The notes below the pieces were generated by a model. It had not been told where the DNA came from. It made no database searches and saw only the letters and a list, made by a program, of their open reading frames with translations. A stretch of DNA of 64,000 nucleotides from an uncultured Candidatus Rokubacteria bacterium (GTDB lineage: Bacteria > Methylomirabilota > Methylomirabilia > Rokubacteriales > CSP1-6): positions 1,664,001-1,728,000 of the forward strand of contig CAVYTA010000006.1 in the NCBI GenBank assembly GCA_963771355.1. Reading direction: 5' to 3'. Below, piece by piece: positions 9,776-19,365 of this stretch (position 1 is its first letter; every line of letters begins with the position of its first letter). Position numbers and translations under genes: made by a program.

Positions 9776-10461
9776 CGGCTGCTCCCGGTGCCCGCCCGTC
9801 CATCACCAACCCCTCCGCCGCCCGCCCGGTAGATCTCCTCGAAGAGCTCCTCGGGGGTCGTGAGGTCCGGGCGGCGCCCGAGCGCCTTGTCGATGAGGGC
9901 GGCCGCCTCGCTGGGCCGGTGGCCGAGCTGCTTGACGAGCACCTCGAACACCATCCCGCGCAGGCCTTCCTCGTCCAGCGGCGGGGCGGACCGGCCGGCG
10001 GGGACCGGAGCCCCCGCGTCCGCCAGGAGCGCGAACTTCGCCACCTTGCTCGAGAGCTGGGCCACGATGTTCTTGGCCTTCTGGGGCCCGATCCCGGGCA
10101 GGCGGCGCAGATACCCCTCGTCTTGACGCGCGATGGCGGCGGCGATGTCGCCCACCGGCGCGGCGAGCGCGCGCGCGGCCACCAGGGGGCCCACGTCCTT
10201 CACCGTGATGAGCTTCTCGAAGAACTCCTTGTCGAGCTCGGAGATGAAGCCGATGAGCACCGGGCGCGGCTGATTCTGGGTGGCGTGATAGTGGATGGCC
10301 AGCGCCACCTCGGGTCCGCCGTCGCCGTTGGCGCCGGCCACGTCCACGAGCGCGCGCTGAGTCACCGGGGGCAGGAACACCTCGTAGCCCACGCCGGCCG
10401 CCTCCAGGATGACGCGGTCCTCGTACCTGGCCCGCACGCGTCCGCGCAGCGATGCGATCAC
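9772..10461 (-). CDS. ruvA: Holliday junction DNA-binding protein RuvA
   Basis: MIASLRG, GVGYEV, HhH motifs VKDVGP and LPGIGPQKA; lies between ruvC and ruvB. Confidence 0.9.
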   Translation of the reverse strand: MIASLRGRVRARYEDRVILEAAGVGYEVFLPPVTQRALVDVAGANGDGGPEVALAIHYHATQNQPRPVLIGFISELDKEFFEKLITVKDVGPLVAARALAAPVGDIAAAIARQDEGYLRRLPGIGPQKAKNIVAQLSSKVAKFALLADAGAPVPAGRSAPPLDEEGLRGMVFEVLVKQLGHRPSEAAALIDKALGRRPDLTTPEELFEEIYRAGGGGVGDGRAGTGSSR

Positions 10462-10467
10462 GTGCTC

Positions 10468-10592
10468 CGCTCGTCATCGCTCGTCGGCTGGTCGGTTCGC
10501 CGCTCGCTCGCTCCGCTCGGGAACTTTCCATATCCGCTCGGCTCGCCTTCGGCTGCGCCTCGCCAAACTCGGTATCCACTCGACGCTCGTCA
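10468..10592 (-). repeat. Junction repeat element, copy A (30-nt core at 10535-10564), flanked by 9-bp direct repeats
   Basis: Core GGCGAGGCGCAGCCGAAGGCGAGCCGAGCG on the minus strand; CGCTCGTCA at 10468-10476 and 10584-10592, the latter containing the ruvC stop. Confidence 0.85.
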
Positions 10593-11108
10593 CGCAAGCG
10601 GCGCCGCGGTGATGGCGCGCCCGGTGGGCGTGCGACCGGTGATGCGGGCCATGCCGGTCAGCGCGAGGCCGAGGGCGTCGGCCACGTGCGACGGCCGCGG
10701 CAGCTCCTTGAGCCCGAGGAGCGTCTGCACGCCCCGCTGCATCTGGGCCTTGCCCGCCGCGCCGTTGCCGGTGATGGCGCGCTTCACCTCGGACGCCGAA
10801 AGCGCCAGCACGGAGACGCCCAGCTGGCGCGCGGCGAGATAGATGACCCCGCGGGCATGCCCCATGAGGATGGCGGTGCGCGGGAACTTGTACTCGGTGT
10901 AGAGGTCCTCGACCACCACCAGCCCGGGGGCGCGATCCGCCATGAGCCGGTGCACCGCGCCGTGGATGGCGTTGAGCCGGGTCTCGAGGGACTGCCCGGC
11001 GACGGTGCTGACGACCCCCGCGTCGATCACCGTGAACCCGTGCCCGTCGGCTTCGAGCACTCCGAAGCCCGTGTCCACGAGGCCCGGATCCACGCCCATG
11101 ACCCGCAG
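10590..11108 (-). CDS. ruvC: Crossover junction endodeoxyribonuclease RuvC
   Basis: GVDPGLVDTGFG, VVVEDLY, MGHARGV, EVKRAITGNGAAGKAQM, HVADALGLA. Start is either CTG 11108 (MRVMGVDPG) or ATG 11099. Confidence 0.95.
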   Translation of the reverse strand: MRVMGVDPGLVDTGFGVLEADGHGFTVIDAGVVSTVAGQSLETRLNAIHGAVHRLMADRAPGLVVVEDLYTEYKFPRTAILMGHARGVIYLAARQLGVSVLALSASEVKRAITGNGAAGKAQMQRGVQTLLGLKELPRPSHVADALGLALTGMARITGRTPTGRAITAAPLA

Positions 11109-11112
11109 CGCG

Positions 11113-11865
11113 CTAGGCCGCGGAGATGGCGTCGAGGACCTCGTCGGGAATGTCGTAGTTCGAGTAGACAGCCTGGACGTCGTCCTGCTCCTCGAGGGCC
11201 TCGATGAGCCGCAGCAGCGCCGCGGCATCCTTGCCCTCCACGCGCACGGTGGACTGCGGGATCATGGCCGCGGTGGCCTCGAGCACGGGGACGCCCTGCC
11301 CTTCCAGCGCGCTCCGCACCGCCTCTATTTCATCAGCCGCCGTCGTGATCTCGAAAGCTTTTTCCACTCGCTTCACGTCCACCGCGCCGGCATCGAGCGC
11401 TTTCTCGAGGAGGTCGTCCTCCTTGATCCGCTCGGCATCCACCTGGACCACCCCGCGCCGGTCGAACATCCACGCCACGCAGCCCATGGTGCCCATGCGG
11501 CCGCTGTTCTTCTCGAAGGTATGCCGCAGCTCGGGGCCCGTGCGGTTCTTGTTGTCGGTGAGGACCTGCACCAGCACCGCCACGCCGCCGGGCCCGTAGC
11601 CCTCGTAGGTGATCTCCTCGTAGCTCTCCCCCGGGAGCTCGCCGGTGCCCTTCTGGACGGCGCGCTTGACGTTGTCGGCGGGCATGTTGGCGGCCTTGGC
11701 CGACTCGATGGCCGCCTTGAGCCGGACGTTGCCCTTGGGATCCCCGCCCCCATTGCGCGCCGCCACCGTGATTTCCCGGAGGATCTTCGAGAAGAGCTTC
11801 CCCCGCTGGACGTCGGTTTTGCCCTTCTTCCGCTTGATCTGCGACCACCGTGAATGTCCCGACAT
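11113..11865 (-). CDS. yebC: YebC/PmpR family protein
   Basis: MSGHSRWSQIKRKKG, YEGYGPGGVA, TDNKNRT, LEEQDDVQAVYSN. Confidence 0.96.
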   Translation of the reverse strand: MSGHSRWSQIKRKKGKTDVQRGKLFSKILREITVAARNGGGDPKGNVRLKAAIESAKAANMPADNVKRAVQKGTGELPGESYEEITYEGYGPGGVAVLVQVLTDNKNRTGPELRHTFEKNSGRMGTMGCVAWMFDRRGVVQVDAERIKEDDLLEKALDAGAVDVKRVEKAFEITTAADEIEAVRSALEGQGVPVLEATAAMIPQSTVRVEGKDAAALLRLIEALEEQDDVQAVYSNYDIPDEVLDAISAA

Positions 11866-11871
11866 GGCCCC

Positions 11872-12855
11872 TCACCTTCCCTCGTTGATGGATGCCTTGA
11901 GCGCCTTCACGCGCGCCAGCCGCCGCTCCCGCCGCCCCAGCGCTTCCTCCCAGCGTCGCTGCTCTTCCGGGGTGGCCGGGGTGAAGGGCGGACAGGGCTG
12001 GGGCCGGAGGTCCGCCCCCAGGTGCACGTAGGTCAGGTACGCGGTGCAGGCGTGGCGGGTCTCCCCCGTCATCGGCACCTCGGTGAGCACCTTCACCCCC
12101 ACCTCCAGCGAGGACGTCCCCACGTGGTTCAGCCCCGCCCTGAACGTCACCACCTCGTGCGTCGAGATGGGCGAGTAGAAATCCAGCGCGTCCAGGCACG
12201 CGGTCATGACGAGACCGCGGGTGTAGCGCATCGAGAGGATGCCGCCCGCCTCGTCCACGTCCATGAGCAGCTTGCCCGGAAACATGGTGTTACCGAAGAG
12301 CGTGTCCTCCGGCAGCACGGACCGGCTCGACTCGAACCGCCACCGCAGCTGCTCGGTGCCGTCGTCGGCGACGTCACGTGCCCGCGCGGCGCGCCGGTGG
12401 AGCCGCTCCAGCCGGTGCCGTCGCCGCACCTGGGCCGCCTCGAACAGTGCCCCCTCATCTGCCCCCCGCGGCAGGATGGCGTCGGGCACGGGCGCGGGCC
12501 GGAAGCGCTCGTCCATCTTCACGAAGACGAGATGCGAGGACAGCGTCAGCGCGCGGGCCCCGGTCGTCACGTTCTCGGAGTAGACGCGCACCCCCACCTC
12601 GAGAGAGCAGCGGCCGACGAACTCGACCTGCGCCCGCAGCACCGCTACCTCCCCGACCTTCACCGGATGGAGGAAGTCGATGTCGTCCATGGCCCCGAGC
12701 ACCACGTTCCCCCTGGCCACCCGCGACGCGGCGATGGTCCCCACGGTGGCGATCCACTGCATCATCCGACCGCCATGTATCTGCCCGGGGGCGCCCGCGT
12801 GCTCGGGGAACACCCACTGGACCATCTCGGTTACGGTGTCAGCGATTGAGGGCAT
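11872..12855 (-). CDS. Tandem hot-dog acyl-CoA thioesterase
   Basis: Two YciA-like domains: VFPEHA..GQIHGGRMMQWI..VGRCSLEVGV and VLPEDT..TMFPGKLLMDVDEAG..VGTSSLEVGV. Confidence 0.88.
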   Translation of the reverse strand: MPSIADTVTEMVQWVFPEHAGAPGQIHGGRMMQWIATVGTIAASRVARGNVVLGAMDDIDFLHPVKVGEVAVLRAQVEFVGRCSLEVGVRVYSENVTTGARALTLSSHLVFVKMDERFRPAPVPDAILPRGADEGALFEAAQVRRRHRLERLHRRAARARDVADDGTEQLRWRFESSRSVLPEDTLFGNTMFPGKLLMDVDEAGGILSMRYTRGLVMTACLDALDFYSPISTHEVVTFRAGLNHVGTSSLEVGVKVLTEVPMTGETRHACTAYLTYVHLGADLRPQPCPPFTPATPEEQRRWEEALGRRERRLARVKALKASINEGR

Positions 12856-12935
12856 CGGTCAGCCGCGGAGTGTGCTGCAACTCCTCCGTGTTTCTACCAT
12901 GTGGCCCGTTCGCAAGTCCAGCCGCCCCGTCCGCT

Positions 12936-14483
12936 TCACGGTCGCGAGCCCGCGTCGACGAGGACGCGATCGAGACGGTGGAAGCCGCTCGGGTGCAGCC
13001 GGAGATTGCGCACTTCGGGCCGCGCCACCATCCAGTGCAGCCGCACGTAGAGCGGAAGCCACGGCGCCTCGTCGACGAGCAGGGCCTGGGCGCGGGCGTA
13101 GACGCGCTGGCGCTCGAGGCGGCCGGACAGCTGGCTTCCGCGAATGAGGAGATCGTCCAGGCGCGGGTTCCGGAAGAAGGAAAGGTTCAGCGCGCCCGTC
13201 CCCTTGCCCACCCCCTCGCTGGTGGAGAGCGGGTAGAGAAGGAGATGGGGATCGCCGCCCTCGGCCGCCGCCTCCGCCAGCACCATCTGGTGCTCGCCCT
13301 TCTGCGCCAGCCGGCGCGCGTCGGACGGCGGCGGCGTCGACACGGTGAGGTTCACGCCGTTGGGCGCCAGCGCGCCGCGCAGCGCCTCCGCGACGCGCGC
13401 CCCATCGAGCGGGGGCGCGAGCGAGGTCACCAGCAGGCTCACCGAGATCGCACGCACGGCCCCGCCCTCGGTGAGGAGCCGCCGCGCGATCTCCCCCCGG
13501 CTCTCGGCGGGGGGCGCCGGCACCGGCACATGCCCCCACATCCCCGGCGGCAGCACGCTGGTGAGCGGGATGGCCAGAGGATCGAGCGCGGGGCCCAGTG
13601 CCGCCTGGTTCAGGGCGGCCGCGACCCCCTGGCGGATGCGGCGCCGCCCGAACGGTTCCCGCTCGGTCTGCATGGCGAGATAGCCGATGCGCCAGCCGGG
13701 TACCGCGAGCGCCCCGGCCAGCCGCGACGGCGCGGCGAGCGGCAGGTACGCGTCGAGCGCCCGCGCGTCCAGATCGGCGACCGCGCGCGCCTCGTCACCC
13801 TGCTCCACGAACACCAGGCGGCTGGTTCGAGCCGTCCCGCCCCAGTAGGCCGGGTTGGCCTCGAGCACCACCCGGCCCGGCAGGCTCTCGGCGACGAGGA
13901 ACGGGCCGGTGCCGGCCCATCGCGCGGAGCCGTCGGCCCCCTGGGACAGGCGCACGATGGCGAGCGCGGGATGAGCGAGCACGCTCAGGAGCGGCGCGTA
14001 CGGCAGCGCGAGGACGATCTGCACCGTGCGCGGATCCGGCACGCGCACCGCCTTGACCACCCCGGGGGTGCCCCGCAGGAGGCGTGGCACCACGGGATTG
14101 GCGGCGGGCGCGCCGGCCGCGCCCGGGAAGAGCACGCGCTCGAGGCTGGCCGCCACCGCGGCGGCGGCCAGGGGGGTCCCGTCGTGGAAACGCACGCCGT
14201 CCCGCAGACGGAACGACCACGTGAGACCGTCGCGGGACACCTGCCACTGCGTGGCCAACCCGGGCTCGACGTCGCTCGATCCCTCGCGGTACTGCAGCAG
14301 AGAGTCGAACACCTGCCGCGCCAGCAGCCCGGAGGACGCGTCCGCGGCGAGTGCGGGATCCACGCTGGCGGGCAGGGCCGGCACCGCCACCCGGAGCATG
14401 CCGCCCTGCGCACCGACGAGGCCCGGGCCGAGGAGCACCGCCAGGACACAAGCTAAGGCGGTGCGTGTGGCGGCGAGGGGCAT
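12936..14483 (-). CDS. ABC transporter substrate-binding protein, family 5 (peptide/nickel); orphan
   Basis: Signal peptide from ATG 14483; VEPGLATQWQVS.DGLTWSFRLRDGVRFHDGTPL, GTGPF, LEANPAYWG. Confidence 0.88.
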   Translation of the reverse strand: MPLAATRTALACVLAVLLGPGLVGAQGGMLRVAVPALPASVDPALAADASSGLLARQVFDSLLQYREGSSDVEPGLATQWQVSRDGLTWSFRLRDGVRFHDGTPLAAAAVAASLERVLFPGAAGAPAANPVVPRLLRGTPGVVKAVRVPDPRTVQIVLALPYAPLLSVLAHPALAIVRLSQGADGSARWAGTGPFLVAESLPGRVVLEANPAYWGGTARTSRLVFVEQGDEARAVADLDARALDAYLPLAAPSRLAGALAVPGWRIGYLAMQTEREPFGRRRIRQGVAAALNQAALGPALDPLAIPLTSVLPPGMWGHVPVPAPPAESRGEIARRLLTEGGAVRAISVSLLVTSLAPPLDGARVAEALRGALAPNGVNLTVSTPPPSDARRLAQKGEHQMVLAEAAAEGGDPHLLLYPLSTSEGVGKGTGALNLSFFRNPRLDDLLIRGSQLSGRLERQRVYARAQALLVDEAPWLPLYVRLHWMVARPEVRNLRLHPSGFHRLDRVLVDAGSRP

Positions 14484-14851
14484 GTCGTAGTTATACGCCC
14501 GAAGCCGCGAGCCTGCGACGCTCGCCGCACCGGCAAATTTTCGTCCTTCCGACGGCACTTTTTGAAGCGAAGATGGGCAATCAGGGTGGGGGCGGTCGCC
14601 AGAAACCCTGCATCTCCCTGGATACACTCACGTCCGGGTTTCGACCAGACGTGGCATCGAACTTGCCCTCGGAGCAAAGGTTGTATAGGCACATGATCCC
14701 GATCGACGCAAGACGGCTTTCGTCATGTCGAGGAACCGGGGAGATCGACGAGATGTTTGACACGGTGAGCGGTGGTGTATGGAGTCGGGCCGAGCAAGGG
14801 AAACGTCATATGAATTCGGTGGATGTCAACGATTGTTCAGGGCCAATTCCC

Positions 14852-14881
14852 TTGACTTGCTGCGAAACCGGCCCCTATACT
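14852..14881 (+). promoter_or_regulatory. Sigma70-type promoter of the proteasome operon
   Basis: TTGACT (14852-14857), 18 nt spacer, TATACT (14876-14881), about 85 nt upstream of the arc ATG. Confidence 0.65.
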
Positions 14882-14964
14882 GAGGTCGCGCGTGGGGACT
14901 TTCGCCCCCGATGGGCGCGCCTGACGCGGAGCCCGCTGAGTCACCGAGAAAGGAACGGGCGGAC

Positions 14965-16797
14965 ATGAAGGAGTTCGAGAAGAAACCGAACCCGAGCCGC
15001 GAGCCTGCCTCCGAAGGCATGAAGGGGCTCTCCAAGTTCCTTCCCATGACCGACTCGAATTACCGCCGGCGTCTCACCGAGTACGAGGTGCAGGTGCAGG
15101 ATCTCCAGGCCTACGTGCGGTCGCTCGAGGCCGAGTCGGTACGGTTGCGCAAGAAGGTCGAGGACGCGCCAAAAGAGGCGATGGTCCTCGAGAACAAGCT
15201 GCGCGAGGCCAACCGCCAGCTGGTCCAGTCGTTCAATCAGAATGAGAAGCTCGTCAACACCCTCTACGAGGCGCGCGAGCAGATCGCCTCGCTTCGCGAG
15301 GAGGTCGACAAGCTCTGCGCGCCGCCGTCCACCTACGGCGTCTACCTGTCCGTCAACGAGGACGCCACCGTCAACATCCTCTCGCAGGGCCGCAAGGTGA
15401 AGGTGAACCTGCACCCGTCGCTCAAGGTCGAGGACATCAAGCCCGGCCAGGAGCTCGTGCTCAACGAGGGGCTCAACGTCGTCGAGACGGCCGGCTACGA
15501 GATCCAGGGCGAGGTCGTCATCCTCAAGGAGGTCCTCGACGAGGCCCGCGCGGTGGTGACCCTGCGCGCGGACGAGGACAAGGTCGGCATCATCGCCGAT
15601 CCCCTCCGTACGGAAAAGCTCAAGGTCGGGGATCACATCCTGATGGACAGCAAGAGCGGCTACCTGCTCGAGAAGCTTCCCAAGAGCGAGGTGGAAGACC
15701 TCACCCTCGAGGAAGTCCCGGACATCAGCTACGAGAATATCGGTGGGCTGCAGAACCAGCTCGAGACGATCAAGGACGCGGTCGAGCTTCCCTACCTCTA
15801 CTCGGACTACTACAAGGAGCACCACCTCGCCCCGCCCAAGGGCGTGCTGCTCTACGGCCCTCCCGGTTGCGGCAAGACCATGATCGCCAAGGCCGTCGCC
15901 AATAACCTCGCGGCCCGTATCTCGGAGAAGCGCGGGGAAAAGGTCAAGGGCTTCTTCCTCAACATCAAGGGCCCCGAGCTGCTCAACAAGTACGTGGGCG
16001 AGACGGAGCGCAAGATCCGCGAGATCTTCATCAAGGCCCGCGAGAAGGCCGCCGAGGACGTGCCGGTGGTGGTCTTCTTCGACGAGATGGACGCGCTCTT
16101 CCGCACGCGGGGGTCCGGCATCTCGTCCGACGTCGAGACCACCATCGTGCCTCAGCTCCTCGCCGAGATCGACGGCGTCGAGCATCTCCGGAACGTGATC
16201 GTGATCGGCGCGTCGAACCGGCAGGATCTCATCGACCCCGCCATCCTGCGGCCGGGCCGGCTGGACGTGAAGATCAAGATCGAGCGGCCGGACGGACCGG
16301 CGGCAGTGGAAATCTTCAACAAGTACATGACGACCGAGCTACCCATCCACCAGGACGAGATACGCCAGAACGGCGGCGACAGCCAGGGCGCGGTGGACCG
16401 CATGATCGCCGCCACCGTGGAGGAGATGTACAATCTGGGCGATGACAACCGCTTCCTGGAAGTCACCTACGCCAACGGCGACAAGGAGGTTCTCTACTTC
16501 AAGGACTTCTCGTCGGGGGCCATGATCGAGTCCATCGTGCGCCGGGCCAAGAAGCTGGCGCTCAAGCGCTATATCCAGACCGCCGAGAAGGGCATCAAGA
16601 ACGAGGACCTGATCAATGCCGTCCGCGAGGAGTTCAAGGAGAACGAGGATCTCCCCAATACCACCAATCCCGACGACTGGGCCAAGATCGCCGGCAAGAA
16701 GGGCGAGCGGATCGTGTACGTGAAGCCCCTCATGGGCGAGACGAAGGAAAAGAAGCGCGACGTCGAGAAGATCATCAACACCGGCCAGTATCTGTAG
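14965..16797 (+). CDS. arc: Proteasome ATPase ARC/Mpa
   Basis: N-terminal coiled coil ending [57 protein letters not shown]-terminal GQYL. ATG 14965 follows AAGGA. Confidence 0.97.
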   Translation: MKEFEKKPNPSREPASEGMKGLSKFLPMTDSNYRRRLTEYEVQVQDLQAYVRSLEAESVRLRKKVEDAPKEAMVLENKLREANRQLVQSFNQNEKLVNTLYEAREQIASLREEVDKLCAPPSTYGVYLSVNEDATVNILSQGRKVKVNLHPSLKVEDIKPGQELVLNEGLNVVETAGYEIQGEVVILKEVLDEARAVVTLRADEDKVGIIADPLRTEKLKVGDHILMDSKSGYLLEKLPKSEVEDLTLEEVPDISYENIGGLQNQLETIKDAVELPYLYSDYYKEHHLAPPKGVLLYGPPGCGKTMIAKAVANNLAARISEKRGEKVKGFFLNIKGPELLNKYVGETERKIREIFIKAREKAAEDVPVVVFFDEMDALFRTRGSGISSDVETTIVPQLLAEIDGVEHLRNVIVIGASNRQDLIDPAILRPGRLDVKIKIERPDGPAAVEIFNKYMTTELPIHQDEIRQNGGDSQGAVDRMIAATVEEMYNLGDDNRFLEVTYANGDKEVLYFKDFSSGAMIESIVRRAKKLALKRYIQTAEKGIKNEDLINAVREEFKENEDLPNTTNPDDWAKIAGKKGERIVYVKPLMGETKEKKRDVEKIINTGQYL

Positions 16798-16807
16798 GAA
16801 TCGAACC

Positions 16808-16886
16808 GCGGCGGGGGCCTCGCGCCCCCGCCGCCCCTCCCCCTCACCCTCCGCCCCGCCGTGGTCGGGGTGGTGTCCGCGGAGGG
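16808..16886 (+). repeat. Two-hairpin palindromic element between arc and dop
   Basis: GCGGCGGGGGC-CTCGC-GCCCCCGCCGC (16808-16834) and CCCTCCGC..GCGGAGGG (16847-16886); resembles the GGGGGCCTCG..GCCCCC elements at 47679 and 57509. Confidence 0.6.
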
Positions 16887-16914
16887 CGAGCCACTGTCCG
16901 CGACCGGGGGGTTC

Positions 16915-18414
16915 ATGGCGCTTCCGAAGGTAATGGGGATCGAGACCGAGTACGGCATCACCGTCAAGAATCAGCCCGACTTCAACCCGATCCTCTCCTC
17001 GCTCCTGCTGATCAACTCCTACGAAACCTATCGGTCCTCGCGTATCCGCTGGGACTACGAGGCGGAGAGCCCGCTGCGCGATGCGCGCGGCTTCGAGTAC
17101 GCCGAAGACAAGGACGTGCCCTCGAAGGAGGAGTCGCGGCTCATCAACCTGATCCTCTCCAACGGGGCACGGTTCTACGTGGACCACGCTCACCCGGAGT
17201 ACTCCTCGCCGGAGACGACCAACCCGCGGGACTGCGTGATCTGGGACCGGGCCGGGGAGCGCGTCCTCGACCTCGCGCGCACCCGGGCGGAGGCGGTGTC
17301 GCCGCCCGAGCAGCGGATCCTCATCTACAAGAACAACACCGACTCCAAAGGCAACTCCTACGGCACCCACGAGAACTACCTCATGGACCGCAAGGTGCCC
17401 TTCGCCCGCATCGTCCAGCACCTGCTTCCCTTCTTCGTGAGCCGGCAGATCTACTCCGGGGCGGGCAAGGTGGGAGCGGAGAACAACACCGAGCACTGCG
17501 AATTCCAGATGTCACAGCGGGCGGATTTCCTCGAGACCGAGGTGGGGCTGGAGACCATGCACAGCCGGCCCATCATCAACACCCGGGATGAGCCGCACGC
17601 GGATCCCGAGAAGTACCGGCGGCTGCACGTTATCGTGGGCGATGCCAACATGAGCGAGATCTCCACCTACCTCAAGTGCGGCACCCTCGCCCTGGTGCTG
17701 GGGCTCATCGAGGACGACGTCATCGACAAGGATTTCTCGCTCGAGAATCCGGTCCTCAGCTATCGAAATGTCTCGCGCGACCTCTCCTGCCGGGAGACGG
17801 TCAAGCTCAAGGACGGCCGCGAGCTGACTCCGGTGGAGATCCAGTGGGAGTTCTTCGAGCAGGCCCGCCGGCACTACGATCGCAAGGCGGCCGAACCGTG
17901 GGCGGCGGACATCCTCACCCGCTGGGAGTCGATGCTCACGCGCCTGGGCCGTGATCCGATGTCCTGCGACCGGGAGATCGACTGGGTCATCAAGTACCAG
18001 CTCATCGAGCGCTACCGCGCCAAGCACGCGATCTCCTGGTCGGACTCGCGGGTGGCCATGATCGATCTCCAGTACCACGACATCCGGCCCGGCAAGGGGC
18101 TCTTCTACAAACTGGAGGAGTCGGACGCGGTGGACCGGCTGGTCACCGAGGACGAGGTGACGAAGGCCATCTACGACCCGCCCAAGGACACGCGGGCGTA
18201 CTTCCGGGGGATGTGCCTGCAAAAATACTCCGACGAGGTGGTGTCGGCCTCGTGGGACTCGGTGATCTTCGACCTCAAGGAAGGCCCGCTGAAGAAGATC
18301 TTCATGCTCGAGCCGCTTCGCGGCACGGAGGCTCATGTGCGGCAGCTCTTCGCCGACTCGCCCACTGCGGCGGACCTGCTGCGCAACCTCGGCAAACCCT
18401 CCGGCGACGTATGA
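16915..18414 (+). CDS. dop: Pup deamidase/depupylase Dop
   Basis: GIETEYG, Dop loop [69 protein letters not shown]. Confidence 0.95.
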   Translation: MALPKVMGIETEYGITVKNQPDFNPILSSLLLINSYETYRSSRIRWDYEAESPLRDARGFEYAEDKDVPSKEESRLINLILSNGARFYVDHAHPEYSSPETTNPRDCVIWDRAGERVLDLARTRAEAVSPPEQRILIYKNNTDSKGNSYGTHENYLMDRKVPFARIVQHLLPFFVSRQIYSGAGKVGAENNTEHCEFQMSQRADFLETEVGLETMHSRPIINTRDEPHADPEKYRRLHVIVGDANMSEISTYLKCGTLALVLGLIEDDVIDKDFSLENPVLSYRNVSRDLSCRETVKLKDGRELTPVEIQWEFFEQARRHYDRKAAEPWAADILTRWESMLTRLGRDPMSCDREIDWVIKYQLIERYRAKHAISWSDSRVAMIDLQYHDIRPGKGLFYKLEESDAVDRLVTEDEVTKAIYDPPKDTRAYFRGMCLQKYSDEVVSASWDSVIFDLKEGPLKKIFMLEPLRGTEAHVRQLFADSPTAADLLRNLGKPSGDV

Positions 18415-19226
18415 CCCCCGAGCGCTGGCAGGCTGCCTTCTCCAACTACTCGACGTCGAGCTTTTCCGAGTATCTCCGGCACGCCGCTCCGCACCTGCTC
18501 CCGGCCACCGAGCCCGCCGGCCGGCCGGCCGCGTCCGACAGCCAGGCGGCTGGGGTGCCGCACGGCACCACCGTCCTCGCCCTGCGCTACCGCGACGGCG
18601 TGGTCATGGCGGGCGATCGCCAGGCGAGCGAGGGCTACCAGGTGGCCCACCGGCGTATCGAGAAGCTGTTCAAGTCGGACGACCTGTCCGCGGTGGGAAT
18701 CGCGGGCGCCGCCGGCCCTGCCATGGAGATGGCGCGCCTGTTCCAGACCGAGCTGGAGCACTACGAGAAGGTGGAGGGCGAGAACCTCTCCCTCGACGGC
18801 AAGGCCAACCGGCTGGGCGCGATGATCCGCGCCAATTTGCCCATGGCCATGCAGGGCCTGGTGGTCGTCCCCATCTTCGCCGGCTTCGACGAGCGCGCGG
18901 GGGTGGGCCGCCTGTTCAAGTACGACGTCACCGGAGGGCGGTACGAGGAGACGGACTACTTCGCCCAGGGCTCCGGCGGGAAAGACGCGCGCGACTCGTT
19001 GAAGAAGCGCTTCCGCCGGGACATGAGCCGGGACGAGGCGGTGCAAGCGGCGCTGGAGGCCCTCCTCGACGCCGCCGACGAAGACCTCGGCACCGGGGGG
19101 CCCGACTTCCACCGGGGCATCTTCCCCACCGTCAAGACCATCAGCCGCTCCGGGATCACCGACCTGGCGGACGACGACGTCCGTCGGTATCTCGAGGCGA
19201 TTCTCTCCGACCGGGGACGCAACTGA
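18411..19226 (+). CDS. prcB: 20S proteasome beta subunit
   Basis: ATG overlaps the dop stop (ATGA); 52-aa propeptide ending HG, then TTVLALRY (catalytic Thr1), AGDRQAS, QGSGG, DAADEDLGTGG. Confidence 0.96.
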   Translation: MTPERWQAAFSNYSTSSFSEYLRHAAPHLLPATEPAGRPAASDSQAAGVPHGTTVLALRYRDGVVMAGDRQASEGYQVAHRRIEKLFKSDDLSAVGIAGAAGPAMEMARLFQTELEHYEKVEGENLSLDGKANRLGAMIRANLPMAMQGLVVVPIFAGFDERAGVGRLFKYDVTGGRYEETDYFAQGSGGKDARDSLKKRFRRDMSRDEAVQAALEALLDAADEDLGTGGPDFHRGIFPTVKTISRSGITDLADDDVRRYLEAILSDRGRN

Positions 19227-19365
19227 TGCCGCTGCCCTACTACGTGTCCCCCGAGCAGATGTGGCAGGGCGAGGCGCAGCCGCAGGCGAGCCGAGCGAAC
19301 CGTGAAGATGCGGCCGGAGGTCCGGCCTGATGCCGCTGCCGTATTACGTTTCGCCCGAGCAGATG
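19223..19365 (+). repeat. Junction repeat element, copy B (core 19268-19297), flanked by a 39-bp imperfect direct repeat
   Basis: Core GGCGAGGCGCAGCCGCAGGCGAGCCGAGCG; 19223-19261 and 19327-19365 differ at 4 of 39 positions. Confidence 0.9.
19226..19330 (+). CDS. 34-aa mini-ORF: copy of the PrcA N-terminus fused to a repeat-encoded tail
   Basis: MPLPYYVSPEQMWQGEAQPQASRANREDAAGGPA; start overlaps the prcB stop (TGATG) and stop overlaps the prcA start (TGATG). Expression unproven. Confidence 0.55.
   Translation: MPLPYYVSPEQMWQGEAQPQASRANREDAAGGPA

Noticed and set aside
14351..14968. 205-aa ORF across the arc upstream region; also a possible c-di-GMP riboswitch
   Set aside because: Atypical composition, and it overlaps both the SBP start and the arc promoter; GGCAAA/GACGCAA words are present but not in the riboswitch arrangement.
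19226..19330. Mini-ORF ending ..AAGGPA considered as the missing Pup
   Set aside because: No terminal Glu/Gln and no acidic Pup helix; the GG codons coincide with the GGAGGT Shine-Dalgarno of prcA.
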